The notes: a model not told the origin generated them from the letters alone. A stretch of 64,000 nt of DNA from Pirellulales bacterium (GCA_963733035.1 CAVTBU010000006.1:480001-544000), one strand, 5' to 3'. Counted from the first letter of the stretch, positions 1 through 10,501 are shown. Made by a program: numbers and translations.

Positions 1-36
1 GCCCGGTAGGGTTCACGCCGCTGCGTGGGTGCCGGA

Positions 37-1119
37 TTACGCGCCGGTCTCTTCGTCGGCAAGCTTGCCTTTGCTCGGATAGAACAGCTCTCGCGTGGCG
101 TGCAGCAGTGCCAGATCCTCGCGACCGGCTGATTCTGAATGCAGCTTGGCTTCGAGTTGAGCCAGCTGGTGTTTTCCCTCCGGCCAACGCACTTCCATCA
201 CGCGTCCACACTCCTCAAGCAATTGGTAGACGCGTGCGCGGGTCACACCCATTCGCTTGGCTTGCTGACGGACGCTTTGCGGCGTTTCGTTAATTCCTAG
301 GCGACCAGCGCTGAGTTGATGGATCGTCGGTCCGGCGTCGATATGGATTTGATCCAGCAGCGGTACCGTTAGATTGTCGCGCACTTCGTCAGGCGAGGGC
401 AGACGCTCGTCGGCCATTACCTTGGCGATCCAATCTTCGATCGGCTGAATAAACTTCGGCACGACTCGCAACACTAGATGTTTGGCCGTGCCCGCGCCCG
501 AAAGCATCTCATGCACGATGTAGAACACTTCGAGAACGACACGGACGCGTTTCTCGCCGTGAGTCTTCAATTGACGGATCTCGGCCACCGTATGGTTCAC
601 GTAATGGTCAAGCGGCGTGTGCCAGATGACCGTAGGAAGGGCCTGCAGCGTAGGGGCTAAACGACCAAGTTTTTCGCGGCCCAGCCCATATTCAATAACG
701 GTCTGCTGCCATTCCGACCACAGTGCTTCCGAAACGATCGACGGATCGAACCCGGTTCCTTGCCGGCGCGGCTTTTCGACGGCTGGTGCCTTCTTGGATT
801 CGTTCAACTCCGGCAACCCGAACGGAGTCACTGGAGGATGATCCTTCGTCGCCCGCGAGAGTAATTTCACGAGCGAACTGATTTTTTTCTGCCCAATCCC
901 CGGCGTTGCGGACAGTTCTTCAAATGGTGTGGCCAGCAGGTCTTTGATCGTGCGACCTAAAAACGCCAGCGGCAGACGGCGATCATTGGGCAGCGCCCAA
1001 TAGGCGAGCGGCTTTTCCAGGCGGTCGGCGAAACGCTCATCCAACAGCGTTTTGCGGAGCGATTGAAAGCTGCTCACGATCTTGTAATCTTCGACCGAAG
1101 TCACCTTATTCATCTTCAT
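37..1119 (-). CDS. Conserved hypothetical protein with two RNA polymerase alpha-CTD/HhH-like segments and a C-terminal sigma70 region 4-like HTH; putative transcription factor
   Basis: 360-aa ORF with a GGGAG RBS-like site upstream. ELSATPGIGQKKISSL and EIRQLKTHGEKRVRVV resemble the alphaCTD/HhH motif; SVRQQAKRMGVTRARVYQL resembles the sigma4 HTH. Confidence 0.6.
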   Translation of the reverse strand: MKMNKVTSVEDYKIVSSFQSLRKTLLDERFADRLEKPLAYWALPNDRRLPLAFLGRTIKDLLATPFEELSATPGIGQKKISSLVKLLSRATKDHPPVTPFGLPELNESKKAPAVEKPRRQGTGFDPSIVSEALWSEWQQTVIEYGLGREKLGRLAPTLQALPTVIWHTPLDHYVNHTVAEIRQLKTHGEKRVRVVLEVFYIVHEMLSGAGTAKHLVLRVVPKFIQPIEDWIAKVMADERLPSPDEVRDNLTVPLLDQIHIDAGPTIHQLSAGRLGINETPQSVRQQAKRMGVTRARVYQLLEECGRVMEVRWPEGKHQLAQLEAKLHSESAGREDLALLHATRELFYPSKGKLADEETGA

Positions 1120-1225
1120 GGGTTATCTCCCTCCCGCGATCCCCAGACGCGGAAAAAATGGCGGTGGGCTATCCAATGCCAAACCGCGAACGTACCTCTG
1201 TGTCTCTATTTCGAAGTAAGTAAAG

Positions 1226-1243
1226 TTCTGCTCAATTCTGCTC
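1226..1243. promoter_or_regulatory. Direct repeat TTCTGCTC-AA-TTCTGCTC (10-bp period), possible regulator binding site
   Basis: Exact 8-bp direct repeat at 1226-1233 and 1236-1243, ~110 bp upstream of the 37..1119 start. Confidence 0.3.
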
Positions 1244-1516
1244 GCCTTAACGCCACCATGGGCGCGCGACCAGAACCCTAGCCATGCACGAATTCCGCTC
1301 GAGCCGCCTGCGGCGTTTCGACGCTAAATTCCGCACGTTTTTGTCGTGAAGCCGAAAAAACTAGTCAATAATGGCTGCTCAGGCGGGGGCGCTGAAAAGT
1401 CGCGGTGGGATGTCCGTTGCAGTGCTGGGAGTCAATCCAAATTCCCGACCGACCACACGCCTTGCTAAATCTTCCTTACGAAGATTTTCCGCTTTATGTT
1501 CGTTTTCACTTCAAAC

Positions 1517-1560
1517 AAAAAAAGCGAGGCTCCGGTCTGTCCTACACCCATCGGAGGCCG
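1517..1560 (-). terminator. Terminator/attenuator-like hairpin with a U7 tract
   Basis: Minus strand reads GGCCTCCG...CGGAGCC-TCGC-TTTTTTT; the stem is imperfect and the loop large. Confidence 0.35.
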
Positions 1561-1911
1561 ATTCACCCCTCATTACACCCTGCGCCGAGAGTGCAACAGC
1601 GAATCGAGCCAACATGAACGCTTTGCATTCTCCCGCTCGACGGTCGGGGCGTCAAGCCAAATCCCTTGCTAAAGGGCTGGCAAATTTTCCAATCTCGCGT
1701 CGCAATTGCTCTACCAGCAATGAGTTGCGGTCTAAGCTATTTTTCTCGAAAATAACCCTAATTGCGCAAAGTCGCCATTTGGCGCGCGAGCTAGTGACGG
1801 GAGCATGTAAACGTCTTCATCCGCAAGTCGTTGAAGAAATGCCCCGACCGACATTTTTTGCAACCGCCAGTCTATACCCCCCTCCCAAGAAAAAACGGCG
1901 GCTCAGCCCTG

Positions 1912-2652
1912 CTAGAACTCCATTTCCAGCCGATCATGTCCCAGCAACACGGGCGGAGAAAAGCCAGTTGGAGACTGCATTTTTTGCAGTTCGTCTTGCC
2001 CGGCCAGAGGGTCAAGGTGCACCAGCACCAATCGTTTGACCCCTGCCGACTGCGCCAGGCGTGTCACAGCGCCAACTGAACTGTGGCCCCAGCGAGCCGC
2101 AAGTTCGGCATGCTCATCGGTAAAATTACATTCGTGAATCAGCAAATCCACGCCGCGTACCGCTTCGATGTAGATCGCCGATTCAGAAGCGGTCGTGTCC
2201 GTGACATAAGCGAGCGAACAAGTGGGCCAGTCGAGACGATATCCGACCGCGCCGCCGGGATGCTCGACCGGAAAAGACGTCAAGTGACCTCCCTTCGCCA
2301 GAGGCACCCGACCGCCAAGCGACTGAAAATTGCAAGGCGGCCTAGCCGGAAACAGCGCCTCGGAGAGCAGGTGCTGTTGGATTGCCGCCAATTTATCGGC
2401 CGCGCCGTGCACTGTCACACGGTCGACGTTCCTGTCGCGAACAACGTCAAACAGGTAGGTCAGTCCCACCACGTGGTCCAGGTGTGCGTGCGTAACGAAC
2501 ACGTCCAACTCATTGGTGCAAAGATAGTCACGAACTCGGTAGAACGCCGTTCCCGCATCGAGCACGACGCCGACCTCTGGTAACATGAGGCACGCCGTCT
2601 GGCGATCATCACTGGGATGATAGCCCGCAGTGCCCAAGAGAATGAGTTTCAT
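1912..2652 (-). CDS. MBL-fold metallo-hydrolase, ribonuclease Z/BN-like
   Basis: N-terminal LGTAG, THAHLDH (HxHxDH), YVTDT, LIHEC, GHSS and LVLVH motifs typical of the RNase Z family. Confidence 0.8.
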   Translation of the reverse strand: MKLILLGTAGYHPSDDRQTACLMLPEVGVVLDAGTAFYRVRDYLCTNELDVFVTHAHLDHVVGLTYLFDVVRDRNVDRVTVHGAADKLAAIQQHLLSEALFPARPPCNFQSLGGRVPLAKGGHLTSFPVEHPGGAVGYRLDWPTCSLAYVTDTTASESAIYIEAVRGVDLLIHECNFTDEHAELAARWGHSSVGAVTRLAQSAGVKRLVLVHLDPLAGQDELQKMQSPTGFSPPVLLGHDRLEMEF

Positions 2653-2834
2653 GGATCGATCCCGCGCTTGAGTCGCGGTCTATGTGAGAACGTACGGCTG
2701 CCACAAGATCAATTTAGCATCTGAGCACGGCGGCGCAATACCGGCCTGCACAGGCGTCGCCTGGAACGCTCCATCGTACGGTGCGTCGTCGACGGTGATG
2801 CGAGCGCTAGGCGGATTCGAGACGACTGTTCGGA

Positions 2835-5800
2835 TCAGACTTCGACGGTCAACGCGTCGAGATCCAGGTCGAGGTCCACCAGTTCGTCTTCGCTTGATGA
2901 CGTATCATCATCGTCGAATGCGGCCTCGACTCCGGCCGGAGTTGGCGGGACCGCCGAAGCCTTCGACGATGGTGGTGTCTCATCCTTGACGGACAACGTA
3001 TCCAAGCTTGGTACACCCTGCCATGTTGAGGTGTCACCCATGTCGTCGAACAGCACGAAGCTATTGTCTATCGTGGCGGCAGGTTCGGCCACGGCGGCCT
3101 GGGGCGCGGCGGATTGGTTAAGAATATAGTTGACCACCATCAAGAGATCGCTTGTCGTTATGCGACCGTCTCCCGACACGTCCAGGTAGTACTGTCCGGT
3201 TGATACCTGGTTGGTGGCCGTCAAGGGCGACGCGGATTGCAGCAAGCGATTGACCAAGACCAATAGGTCGCCCGTTGAAACGCGACCATCGTTGTTGACG
3301 TCCTGGGGAAGCGCGGCGTTGTGAGCCAACGGACCCGCTTCTGGCACGGCTCCCTCGCGCAGGATCATCATTGCATCCGCGGCAACCGGCGCGCTGCCCT
3401 CGTTTTTCAAATCGACTGTGATCATTCCGGCGGACACGTTGACTGCACCGACGCTTGCCCAACGTCGACCGCTAATCAACAGTCCCGGCTCGATCTGCTG
3501 ATTGACAAGCAGAGTCGTGTTGTTTCCGATCCCGTCGGAAACCGTAAACGGTGCGTTCGTCGCCAGACTGTCCGAAGATGCCCAGGTGGTGTAAACGAAA
3601 TAATTGCCCGGGCTGAGTCCCGAGAACATCCAGCGAGCATACGTTCCCGCCGCGCCAGCGGTGCTCGTAAGCATGTTGCCGTGGAACGCCGCGGCATCGG
3701 CGCTCGAAGTCCACGATCCGACCTGGGCAAAACTTGCATCGCCATTGTCGATGATGACCTGGCCCGCACTCTCGCCGTTTCCAGTCCCCTCGACAGCAAA
3801 TGTGTAGGGATGTTCGCTGTCGTCATCGTTCGCAATGGATACGGTCGCCGTACGGACGCCCACGGCGGTCGGGTGAAAAACGATCTGGAAGGTCGTCGCC
3901 TTGCCGGGAGCGACGGTGGAGGCCGGCTGGGTAACGACCTGGAAATCGCCGCCGGCCACACCCGTCATCGTCACCCGCGGACTACCGGTCAGGTGCAGCG
4001 TGGTGTTCCCGTTGTTTTGGATGGTGAACGTGTGCGTGATCGAGTCGGTATAGAGGGGAGCCTGGCCGAATTGCGTGGAGTCGTCGTAGTCCGGCGTGTT
4101 GTCGCCGGTGTCAATCGAGCGATCGAGTGCTGAGACGTCCATTTCGGGTACTTGGGGCGCGATGCCGTCTTTGACGATTCGCACCGCGTCGGCAATGACG
4201 TAGCCGTTGGCGTTGTCGCTCAAGCGAACGCGAAGCGTGTTGCCGGTGACGGTGAAGGTGCCCAGGCTCTGCCAGGTGATGCCATTCGAAATATCGCCGG
4301 TCGGAGCTAGCTGCTGGTTGACCGGGATGGTGGCCAGCGGGGTATTGCCGTCATAAATGGTGAACGGCGCATTGGTAGCCCGATTCAAAAACGGAATCCA
4401 GCGAGTGAAGACCTGGTAGTTCCCAGCTGGCAGGGACGCAAAGGTCCAGGTGGCCACTCCGCTGCCGTCCCCGGCGGCATGATAATCGTAGTCGAGTTGA
4501 TGCGCCAGCGTGTTGGTCAGCGTGTACCAACCGCTGTTGGCGCTGTAGCCGGCGGCACCGTTGTCGATTGTCTCTTCTCCCAGCGGTTCGGCGGCGTAGA
4601 CGATTGTGCAGTCACCGACCGGGTCGATCAGGCCGGCGTTGAATGCATTGCTCAGTTGCAGATAGAATTTTTTGTTGGCCGAGTAGCTGTCGCTGGTCAT
4701 GACCGGGATAACGATCTGTTGCGTTCGCACGCCAGAAGCGAAATTCAAAACGCCGCTGACGCCTTGGTATTCAATGCCGGCCCGGGCGGTGCCATCGTTC
4801 GTCGCGTAGGCCACCGAGACGTCGCGTCCGCTGGGCCAATCGAGCGCCACGGTAAACGTGGCAATCCGATTGCCAGCCAGCGTGGTTGTGACTTGCACAT
4901 CGTCGACGTAGAAATTCGGCAGCGGGTCGTTGTCGACAATCGTGCCGGTTGCAACGCCGCGCACGATGTCGGCATGTTGCGCGTTGGAGAGTGTGAGCAG
5001 GAATGTTTCGGTCACTTCATTCAGTTTGTCGCCTACGATTGGGACGGCGATAGTACCGTGGGTTGCTCCTGGCGCAAAGGTGAACACGCCACTTCGTGCC
5101 GCATAATCTGGGCCGGCGTGGGCAGTGACATCGGAAGTGATGTAATTGACCGTGATCGCGAAGTTATGTTCCGCCCCGTTAAGCGACAGGTTGAACACCG
5201 CGTCCTTGGTGCCGTCATCCCCTTCGACAACCTGCACGTCGTTGAGTGTGATTTTCGCTGTTTCAACCGACGTCACGACGGTCGCGCTGTTGTTGTCGGG
5301 AAATGTCTCGTTCTGTGCCGCTGTGATCGTAGCCGTGTTGCTCACCAGGCCGAGTTGGGTGGGAACGGCGACGATCGTTATCGTGGCGCTGCTCCCAGCG
5401 GTCAATATGCCGAGGTCGGCGGTAACGACGCCTCCGTCCTGCGAAACCGTTCCCTGGCTGCTACTGGCACTTAGGAAGGTGACGCCTGCGGGAAGCATGT
5501 CTTCCACCTTGACGCTTGTTGCCGGATCAGGGCCGTTGTTCGTCGCGACCAAGGAATATGTGAGTTGGTTGTTGACGATCACCGGATCGGGCGAGTCTGA
5601 CATCGCGATCTGCATGTCGGTGTCACCGCTGATGAAACTCTCAGCCTGCAGGAAGACCCACGAGTCGAGTGCCGTATCGCCCGCGTCGGCAACGGCCAAT
5701 TTGATGTGATGGGGACCCGGAGTGATATCCGCTGTCGCGGTGAGCACGACTGTGAATCCGTCAGCCTGGGTGAGAAACGGGGTGGGTGTCCCCAGGTCGC

Positions 5801-6428
5801 TAGGGTCATTGTTGTGATAGAGATTCGAATTGACGTTCTGATTTACGTTGTTGATTGAAACGGGAGTTGTCGTACCCGGAATCAGCGCGATATTGGCACC
5901 ATCGAGAAAGAAACCGAATACGTCGTTGAAGGGGGAATCAACAAATTCGTTGTACTCTTCGGAACCGAAGACATACTGGACACTGATCGACCCGCCGAGC
6001 GCCACGAAATCGAACTCCAGCACCGACGCGTCATTTGTGCTGTATCCCGGAATGAGTCCGTCAAGTTGAGGATCGCCGGGTGTTCCAAAGCTGGTAGTCG
6101 TGCCATCGCTATCATTGGGTCCCGCGGCGTCGGCGATCGTGCCGCTGCTTAGCATCACGCCCGACTCGATGCCCAGGCCCTCGGATTCTCCGCCCGTGAA
6201 TTTGCCCGCCGACGCGAAATCACCGGTGAACTGGACATCGGTGACGTCGACTCCACCGCCAACCAACTCCTGTACTAGATCCTGTGGCGTCAGCCCCATG
6301 TTCAGGTTGGTGGTCGATAGAGCGAGCATTCGCCGAAATTCCAGGGGTTCCGCACCCAAGCGGCGCCCGCAGGGCGGTGTATTCCGAGCTTGCCTTGCGA
6401 ATTTCGCTCGCCTGGTGAAGCGTGCCAT
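2835..6428 (-). CDS. Large secreted/surface protein: planctomycete leader motif, choice-of-anchor L-like head, DUF11, 2x Calx-beta, 2x golvesin/CBM-like, choice-of-anchor D-like Ig domain, dockerin-like C-terminus
   Basis: AEPLEFRRML leader; YVFGSEEYNEFVDSPFNDVFGFF and D..LDSWVFL (choice-of-anchor L); DSPDPV..NNGPDPAT (DUF11); Calx-beta-type repeats; dockerin-like pair DVNNDGRVSTGD / DVSGDGRITTSD. Start placed at ATG 6428. Confidence 0.8.
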   Translation of the reverse strand: MARFTRRAKFARQARNTPPCGRRLGAEPLEFRRMLALSTTNLNMGLTPQDLVQELVGGGVDVTDVQFTGDFASAGKFTGGESEGLGIESGVMLSSGTIADAAGPNDSDGTTTSFGTPGDPQLDGLIPGYSTNDASVLEFDFVALGGSISVQYVFGSEEYNEFVDSPFNDVFGFFLDGANIALIPGTTTPVSINNVNQNVNSNLYHNNDPSDLGTPTPFLTQADGFTVVLTATADITPGPHHIKLAVADAGDTALDSWVFLQAESFISGDTDMQIAMSDSPDPVIVNNQLTYSLVATNNGPDPATSVKVEDMLPAGVTFLSASSSQGTVSQDGGVVTADLGILTAGSSATITIVAVPTQLGLVSNTATITAAQNETFPDNNSATVVTSVETAKITLNDVQVVEGDDGTKDAVFNLSLNGAEHNFAITVNYITSDVTAHAGPDYAARSGVFTFAPGATHGTIAVPIVGDKLNEVTETFLLTLSNAQHADIVRGVATGTIVDNDPLPNFYVDDVQVTTTLAGNRIATFTVALDWPSGRDVSVAYATNDGTARAGIEYQGVSGVLNFASGVRTQQIVIPVMTSDSYSANKKFYLQLSNAFNAGLIDPVGDCTIVYAAEPLGEETIDNGAAGYSANSGWYTLTNTLAHQLDYDYHAAGDGSGVATWTFASLPAGNYQVFTRWIPFLNRATNAPFTIYDGNTPLATIPVNQQLAPTGDISNGITWQSLGTFTVTGNTLRVRLSDNANGYVIADAVRIVKDGIAPQVPEMDVSALDRSIDTGDNTPDYDDSTQFGQAPLYTDSITHTFTIQNNGNTTLHLTGSPRVTMTGVAGGDFQVVTQPASTVAPGKATTFQIVFHPTAVGVRTATVSIANDDDSEHPYTFAVEGTGNGESAGQVIIDNGDASFAQVGSWTSSADAAAFHGNMLTSTAGAAGTYARWMFSGLSPGNYFVYTTWASSDSLATNAPFTVSDGIGNNTTLLVNQQIEPGLLISGRRWASVGAVNVSAGMITVDLKNEGSAPVAADAMMILREGAVPEAGPLAHNAALPQDVNNDGRVSTGDLLVLVNRLLQSASPLTATNQVSTGQYYLDVSGDGRITTSDLLMVVNYILNQSAAPQAAVAEPAATIDNSFVLFDDMGDTSTWQGVPSLDTLSVKDETPPSSKASAVPPTPAGVEAAFDDDDTSSSEDELVDLDLDLDALTVEV

Positions 6429-6657
6429 GGTGTGACTCAAAGATGCGTAATGATGGATGCAATGTGGGTCGAAGGAAGATGCGCCGGCCCTCCCCGCGCA
6501 CCGTACATACTAGTTGGGCCCCTTGGAGGCCGCAACAAGGAGGGAAACCCATCCACTGCGGCGAATTTGTGACGGATTGGAACGCCGACGAGAAATGGCA
6601 GTCCTGGCATGGACTTTCGTCCACGAGACCGCTGGTGTGGCAAACAGCCGATACTGG

Positions 6658-9600
6658 CTAGGGAGAAGGAATGGTCTGTTGACGTTGCGGAAGAAGCCGC
6701 TCGAGCTGCTTGCCCAGGCCGTTTTGCAGCACGCCTCGCGTGAGACTTTGCAAAATGCCCGCGGTGATCTGCCGAAGCGTTCCCCGATCGAGTTGCGGTT
6801 TGCTCAGCGTGCCCCCAATGGGAATGCGAATGACCTGACCCTCGAGTGTTCCCAGCGCCAGGTCGCGCCCGAGGAGATTCGCCTGCAAGGGAATTTCCGC
6901 CACCATGGCGAGCGATTCGTCATCCAGCCCAACCGATCCGTATGTCGAGATGGGCAGCGTACCAACTACGAACTGCAGATTCCGATGATAAACCCGGCGC
7001 TCAACCATGCGGAATTCCACGTCGCTGGTGTCGATGCTCATCAACGCGCCCGTCTGATCGTTGAGCGGTTGGAAATTGCCAGCCTTGAGTACCGTGAATA
7101 ACTCGTTAACCAGGATCATGAACTCGTGTGCGACGGGCCCCGGCTTGACTTGGGCGCGAATTGCCATGTGACCCGCCAGGTCGCCCCCCTTGGGGTCGCG
7201 AATCGGAACCCGTCCACCGTCCATCGATACCGAGAACCGCCCTTCGGCCACGGTAGTTTCGGCCACGATGGGTGCCACGAATTTCAGGCCGCGTCGGCAC
7301 ATCTCGGGCGAAAGATGGATGTTCGTCAACAGCGGGCCACGCGGAATGTAAAGTTCGGCCGGCGTGGGAGTCAGCCGTACTAGCGGCGCGAAGGTCAAAC
7401 GACCGTCGCTCACGGCCACGTCGATTGGCTGCACCTGAATCTGGCCCTCGCTCAGCGTGGCGGCAATATCGCCCTGGCCAACCACGAACCCGTGCATGCT
7501 AATCCCGCTCCAACCAACCGCTGCGTTGCCAGTGACTTGCTTCCAGGAATCGGCCGCCGCAGGCGGGCCGGTGAGGCGGCCATTGACGGCGAACTTTCGG
7601 GATTGCTGTCCGGCGATCTGGAAGCCGTCTCCCAGGTAAGGACGCCACAATGGGGCCAGCTGCTGCCAGTCGTACTGGATCGTGCCGTCGATATTTACAT
7701 TTCCGCCCTGCTTCGAGAGGGGTAAGTCTCCCTTGGCGTCGCAACGTAGGGCCGCCGACGCAACCTGAATCTGATCGAGTTTGAGCGTCTCGCTCGCAGG
7801 ACGATAAGTGGCAAGCGCCGCCAGCGTGATGCGGGGTTCCTGCCATGTGGCCGAAGTTGCGCCTCCGGCCTGTTGCGCAAGATCGACCAGCACCAATTGG
7901 TCGACGGAGCCATCGATGCGGGCGGTTGTCGATTCGGCGTCAAGTTTGAGTTGCGTCTGTGCGGCAAGCCGGCCGGAAACTCGCCAGGCGGCGGGGAGGC
8001 GCGGGTCGTGATGCCAGCGATAGAGCGTGGCCAACTCCGCGCCTAGTTGAGCCGTTCCACCATCGACTTTCCAGCCGTCGTCGGTTGTCTGTAAGATGGC
8101 ATTGCTCAGGATGGCCGTTGTCGTACCGGCGCTAAGACGAGCGGCGCTGATCTGGCCGCGACGCTTCCCACGGTCCCATTGAGCTTCACACGTCAGGTTC
8201 GCCGTCGGTTCATTGACGAACCATTCATGTCCCCACACATGCAATTGTGCGAAATCCGCCTTGGCGTGTTCGACTTCGATCGTTTCGGGTGAGACGGTTA
8301 TCGCGACTTGCAGATCGCCGGCACCGCGCAAATCCCAACCCGTTATTCCCAGACAAGTGTCCAAGCGAGTTGCCCAGGGCTCCAGGTTGCCCCGCCACGA
8401 GCATTGCAGCGGCCAGGAGGACGACGAAGCGGGGTTCACAACAGATTGGCGCAATTGCACGCCAATCCGGTCGCCGGCAACATCGAAAGTAATCGTGCCG
8501 CGGTCGATTCGCTGGAGCGATTCCTTTTCGAACTTTCCACCCACGTCGAGCGTCGCCACGAGTTTTTCTTCTCGCCAGGGCTGGCCGCCGGCAGTCGGCA
8601 CGAACTGAAACTCGCGGGCTTCGAATTGTCCTTGCGCGGTGAATTGGTCACCGGCGAGGCGTTTCAGTTCTAAGCGGGCGTCGCCCTGACCGGCCAGTTG
8701 CAAATCACTCAGATCCGCGAACTGCTTCAATTCGTTCACGAGTCGCGCCAGGTCGAAGTTGGCCGTTGCCGTTAGGTCGTCGATGCTCCCTTTCGCCGTG
8801 GCGTGCAAAAAGCTGGACGTGCACTCGGCCCGATCGACAACCAAGCCGTGTTTCGACTGCCGGGCGGCAAAGTCCAGGGCCAACGGATTCTCCCAGACCA
8901 GGGTGCGACCGTCGGCATTGGCGCCCAAGTGACTTGCGGAGATTTGGCCGCTCCACACCGATTCGCCGTCTTCGTGTCCGCTCGTAATTGCCAACTGAAC
9001 TTTACCCGAGGTAATTTCGGTGCCCTCGCGAATGCGAAGTGTGTCTGGCAGTACGCGAGCGACGGCCACCAGGTCGATTTCGCCCCGAACGTTGAACGTT
9101 TCCCTGAGCAGTGCTGCCAACTTGTCGGTGGCCGAAAAGTCGTCCATTCGGGCCGTACCCGTCAAGGTGACGTTCCCGAGTTCACAGTCGATGCCTAATT
9201 TCTGGATGTCGAGGAGTTCACCGTTTTGAATCACGTGACACGGGACCTCGATGCGCGCCAATTGCACCGTGTCACTCCCCAGTGCATCTGCGGCGAAGGT
9301 CAGTTCGGTGACGAGCGCTTCGCCCTGAATGGAAGCCTCGCCACTTTCGGCCAGCTTGCCCCACGCGCCGTTCAATCGCGTCGACAACCGGCCCGCGAGC
9401 GTCGCGCCCTTGACGTGGCGCCTCAAAATTGGATCGGCGAGTTCCAGTGGCAGGGCGGTTGAGTTGCACTCGACCTTTCCGCTCGCCAGGGCATTCTTGC
9501 CGTCTTCCGATCGCTCGGTGCGCAGGTCGAGTGCGAATTTGCCGGGCTGCTTGCCATCGACGAGCGAGCCGTTGGCCGCGACGACGATCGGCTGATCGCT

Positions 9601-10170
9601 GTCGGCAATTGCACAATCGACGGCCAATTGTTCGATGCGAAACTTGCGAGCCGGGGGTAGGTCCTCGATTTCGACCGTGCCATCGGTGACCTTGAGTTCT
9701 ACTGCGACCTTGCCGTTGGTGTCGCGCTGGATGACCTTGGCAAATAGACGTTCGAGGTTCGTATCCCGCTCGTCGCATACGATGTGCAGGACGGGCTGGT
9801 CGATCTCGACGACACCCAGACTGCCAAAGTCGAGTAGCAAACCGATCAGTGACTTGCTGGTGCGGAGTTGGGCTACCTGGGCCACGATCTTGTCGTCCGC
9901 ATCGCGAAGTTCCAGATTGTCGACTACCACGTTAGAAAACCAACCCAGCGATGCGGACCCGAGTGTAATTGTGCCATCCAGTTCCAGGCTCGACTGCAAC
10001 AGGCTGTTTCGTAGTGAAGTATGGGAAATGATGTAGGGAGCGAAATAGGTTGCCAGACACAGCAACAGAATCATGGCAATGCCGCCATTGCGAAACGCAT
10101 GTGAGCGACGGGGAAGCGAGTCCTCGAAGTCGTCGTGCTGGCTCGAGCGTTTGTCTTCTACCGTGGCCAT
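6658..10170 (-). CDS. Large AsmA/TamB-like (repeating beta-groove) envelope protein
   Basis: One N-terminal TM helix followed by ASLGWFSNVVVDNLELRD and ~1100 aa of beta-rich sequence; C-terminal IPIGGTLSKPQLD resembles AsmA-type ends. GAGG RBS before ATG 10170. Confidence 0.55.
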   Translation of the reverse strand: MATVEDKRSSQHDDFEDSLPRRSHAFRNGGIAMILLLCLATYFAPYIISHTSLRNSLLQSSLELDGTITLGSASLGWFSNVVVDNLELRDADDKIVAQVAQLRTSKSLIGLLLDFGSLGVVEIDQPVLHIVCDERDTNLERLFAKVIQRDTNGKVAVELKVTDGTVEIEDLPPARKFRIEQLAVDCAIADSDQPIVVAANGSLVDGKQPGKFALDLRTERSEDGKNALASGKVECNSTALPLELADPILRRHVKGATLAGRLSTRLNGAWGKLAESGEASIQGEALVTELTFAADALGSDTVQLARIEVPCHVIQNGELLDIQKLGIDCELGNVTLTGTARMDDFSATDKLAALLRETFNVRGEIDLVAVARVLPDTLRIREGTEITSGKVQLAITSGHEDGESVWSGQISASHLGANADGRTLVWENPLALDFAARQSKHGLVVDRAECTSSFLHATAKGSIDDLTATANFDLARLVNELKQFADLSDLQLAGQGDARLELKRLAGDQFTAQGQFEAREFQFVPTAGGQPWREEKLVATLDVGGKFEKESLQRIDRGTITFDVAGDRIGVQLRQSVVNPASSSSWPLQCSWRGNLEPWATRLDTCLGITGWDLRGAGDLQVAITVSPETIEVEHAKADFAQLHVWGHEWFVNEPTANLTCEAQWDRGKRRGQISAARLSAGTTTAILSNAILQTTDDGWKVDGGTAQLGAELATLYRWHHDPRLPAAWRVSGRLAAQTQLKLDAESTTARIDGSVDQLVLVDLAQQAGGATSATWQEPRITLAALATYRPASETLKLDQIQVASAALRCDAKGDLPLSKQGGNVNIDGTIQYDWQQLAPLWRPYLGDGFQIAGQQSRKFAVNGRLTGPPAAADSWKQVTGNAAVGWSGISMHGFVVGQGDIAATLSEGQIQVQPIDVAVSDGRLTFAPLVRLTPTPAELYIPRGPLLTNIHLSPEMCRRGLKFVAPIVAETTVAEGRFSVSMDGGRVPIRDPKGGDLAGHMAIRAQVKPGPVAHEFMILVNELFTVLKAGNFQPLNDQTGALMSIDTSDVEFRMVERRVYHRNLQFVVGTLPISTYGSVGLDDESLAMVAEIPLQANLLGRDLALGTLEGQVIRIPIGGTLSKPQLDRGTLRQITAGILQSLTRGVLQNGLGKQLERLLPQRQQTIPSP

Positions 10171-10501
10171 GGCCAACCTCGGTGCATTTCGGAGGATGAG
10201 GTCGATTTGCCGAAATCCTGGAGGGCGACTTGTCCTCCGGATCGATCTTAACGCGGCTACGAATTTTAGACGGCTTGCCTCGGAAGTGCACTGTCATTCT
10301 GGGCGATGTGGGACCGATGGCAACCCGGCGGCATGTGCTATAGAATCGACATACTTGGGGGCCCCGACCTGCAAACCCGGTTTTATCGCTGTTCGGAAAC
10401 GATGATATCGCTTTTCTGCGGACGGGAGGCGGGCCTGACTTACACCGCGACAGCATTGCTAAGCTGGCACGGTGCCGCACCTTGAGGCGAGGAATTGCAA
10501 G

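Noticed and set aside
1165..1185. Possible sigma54 promoter TTGGCATTGGATAGC on the minus strand
   Set aside because: GG to GC spacing is 9 nt rather than the required 10.
1371..2039. 222-aa plus-strand ORF in the long intergenic region
   Set aside because: No recognisable motifs, atypical composition, and overlap with the RNase Z-like gene; probably spurious.
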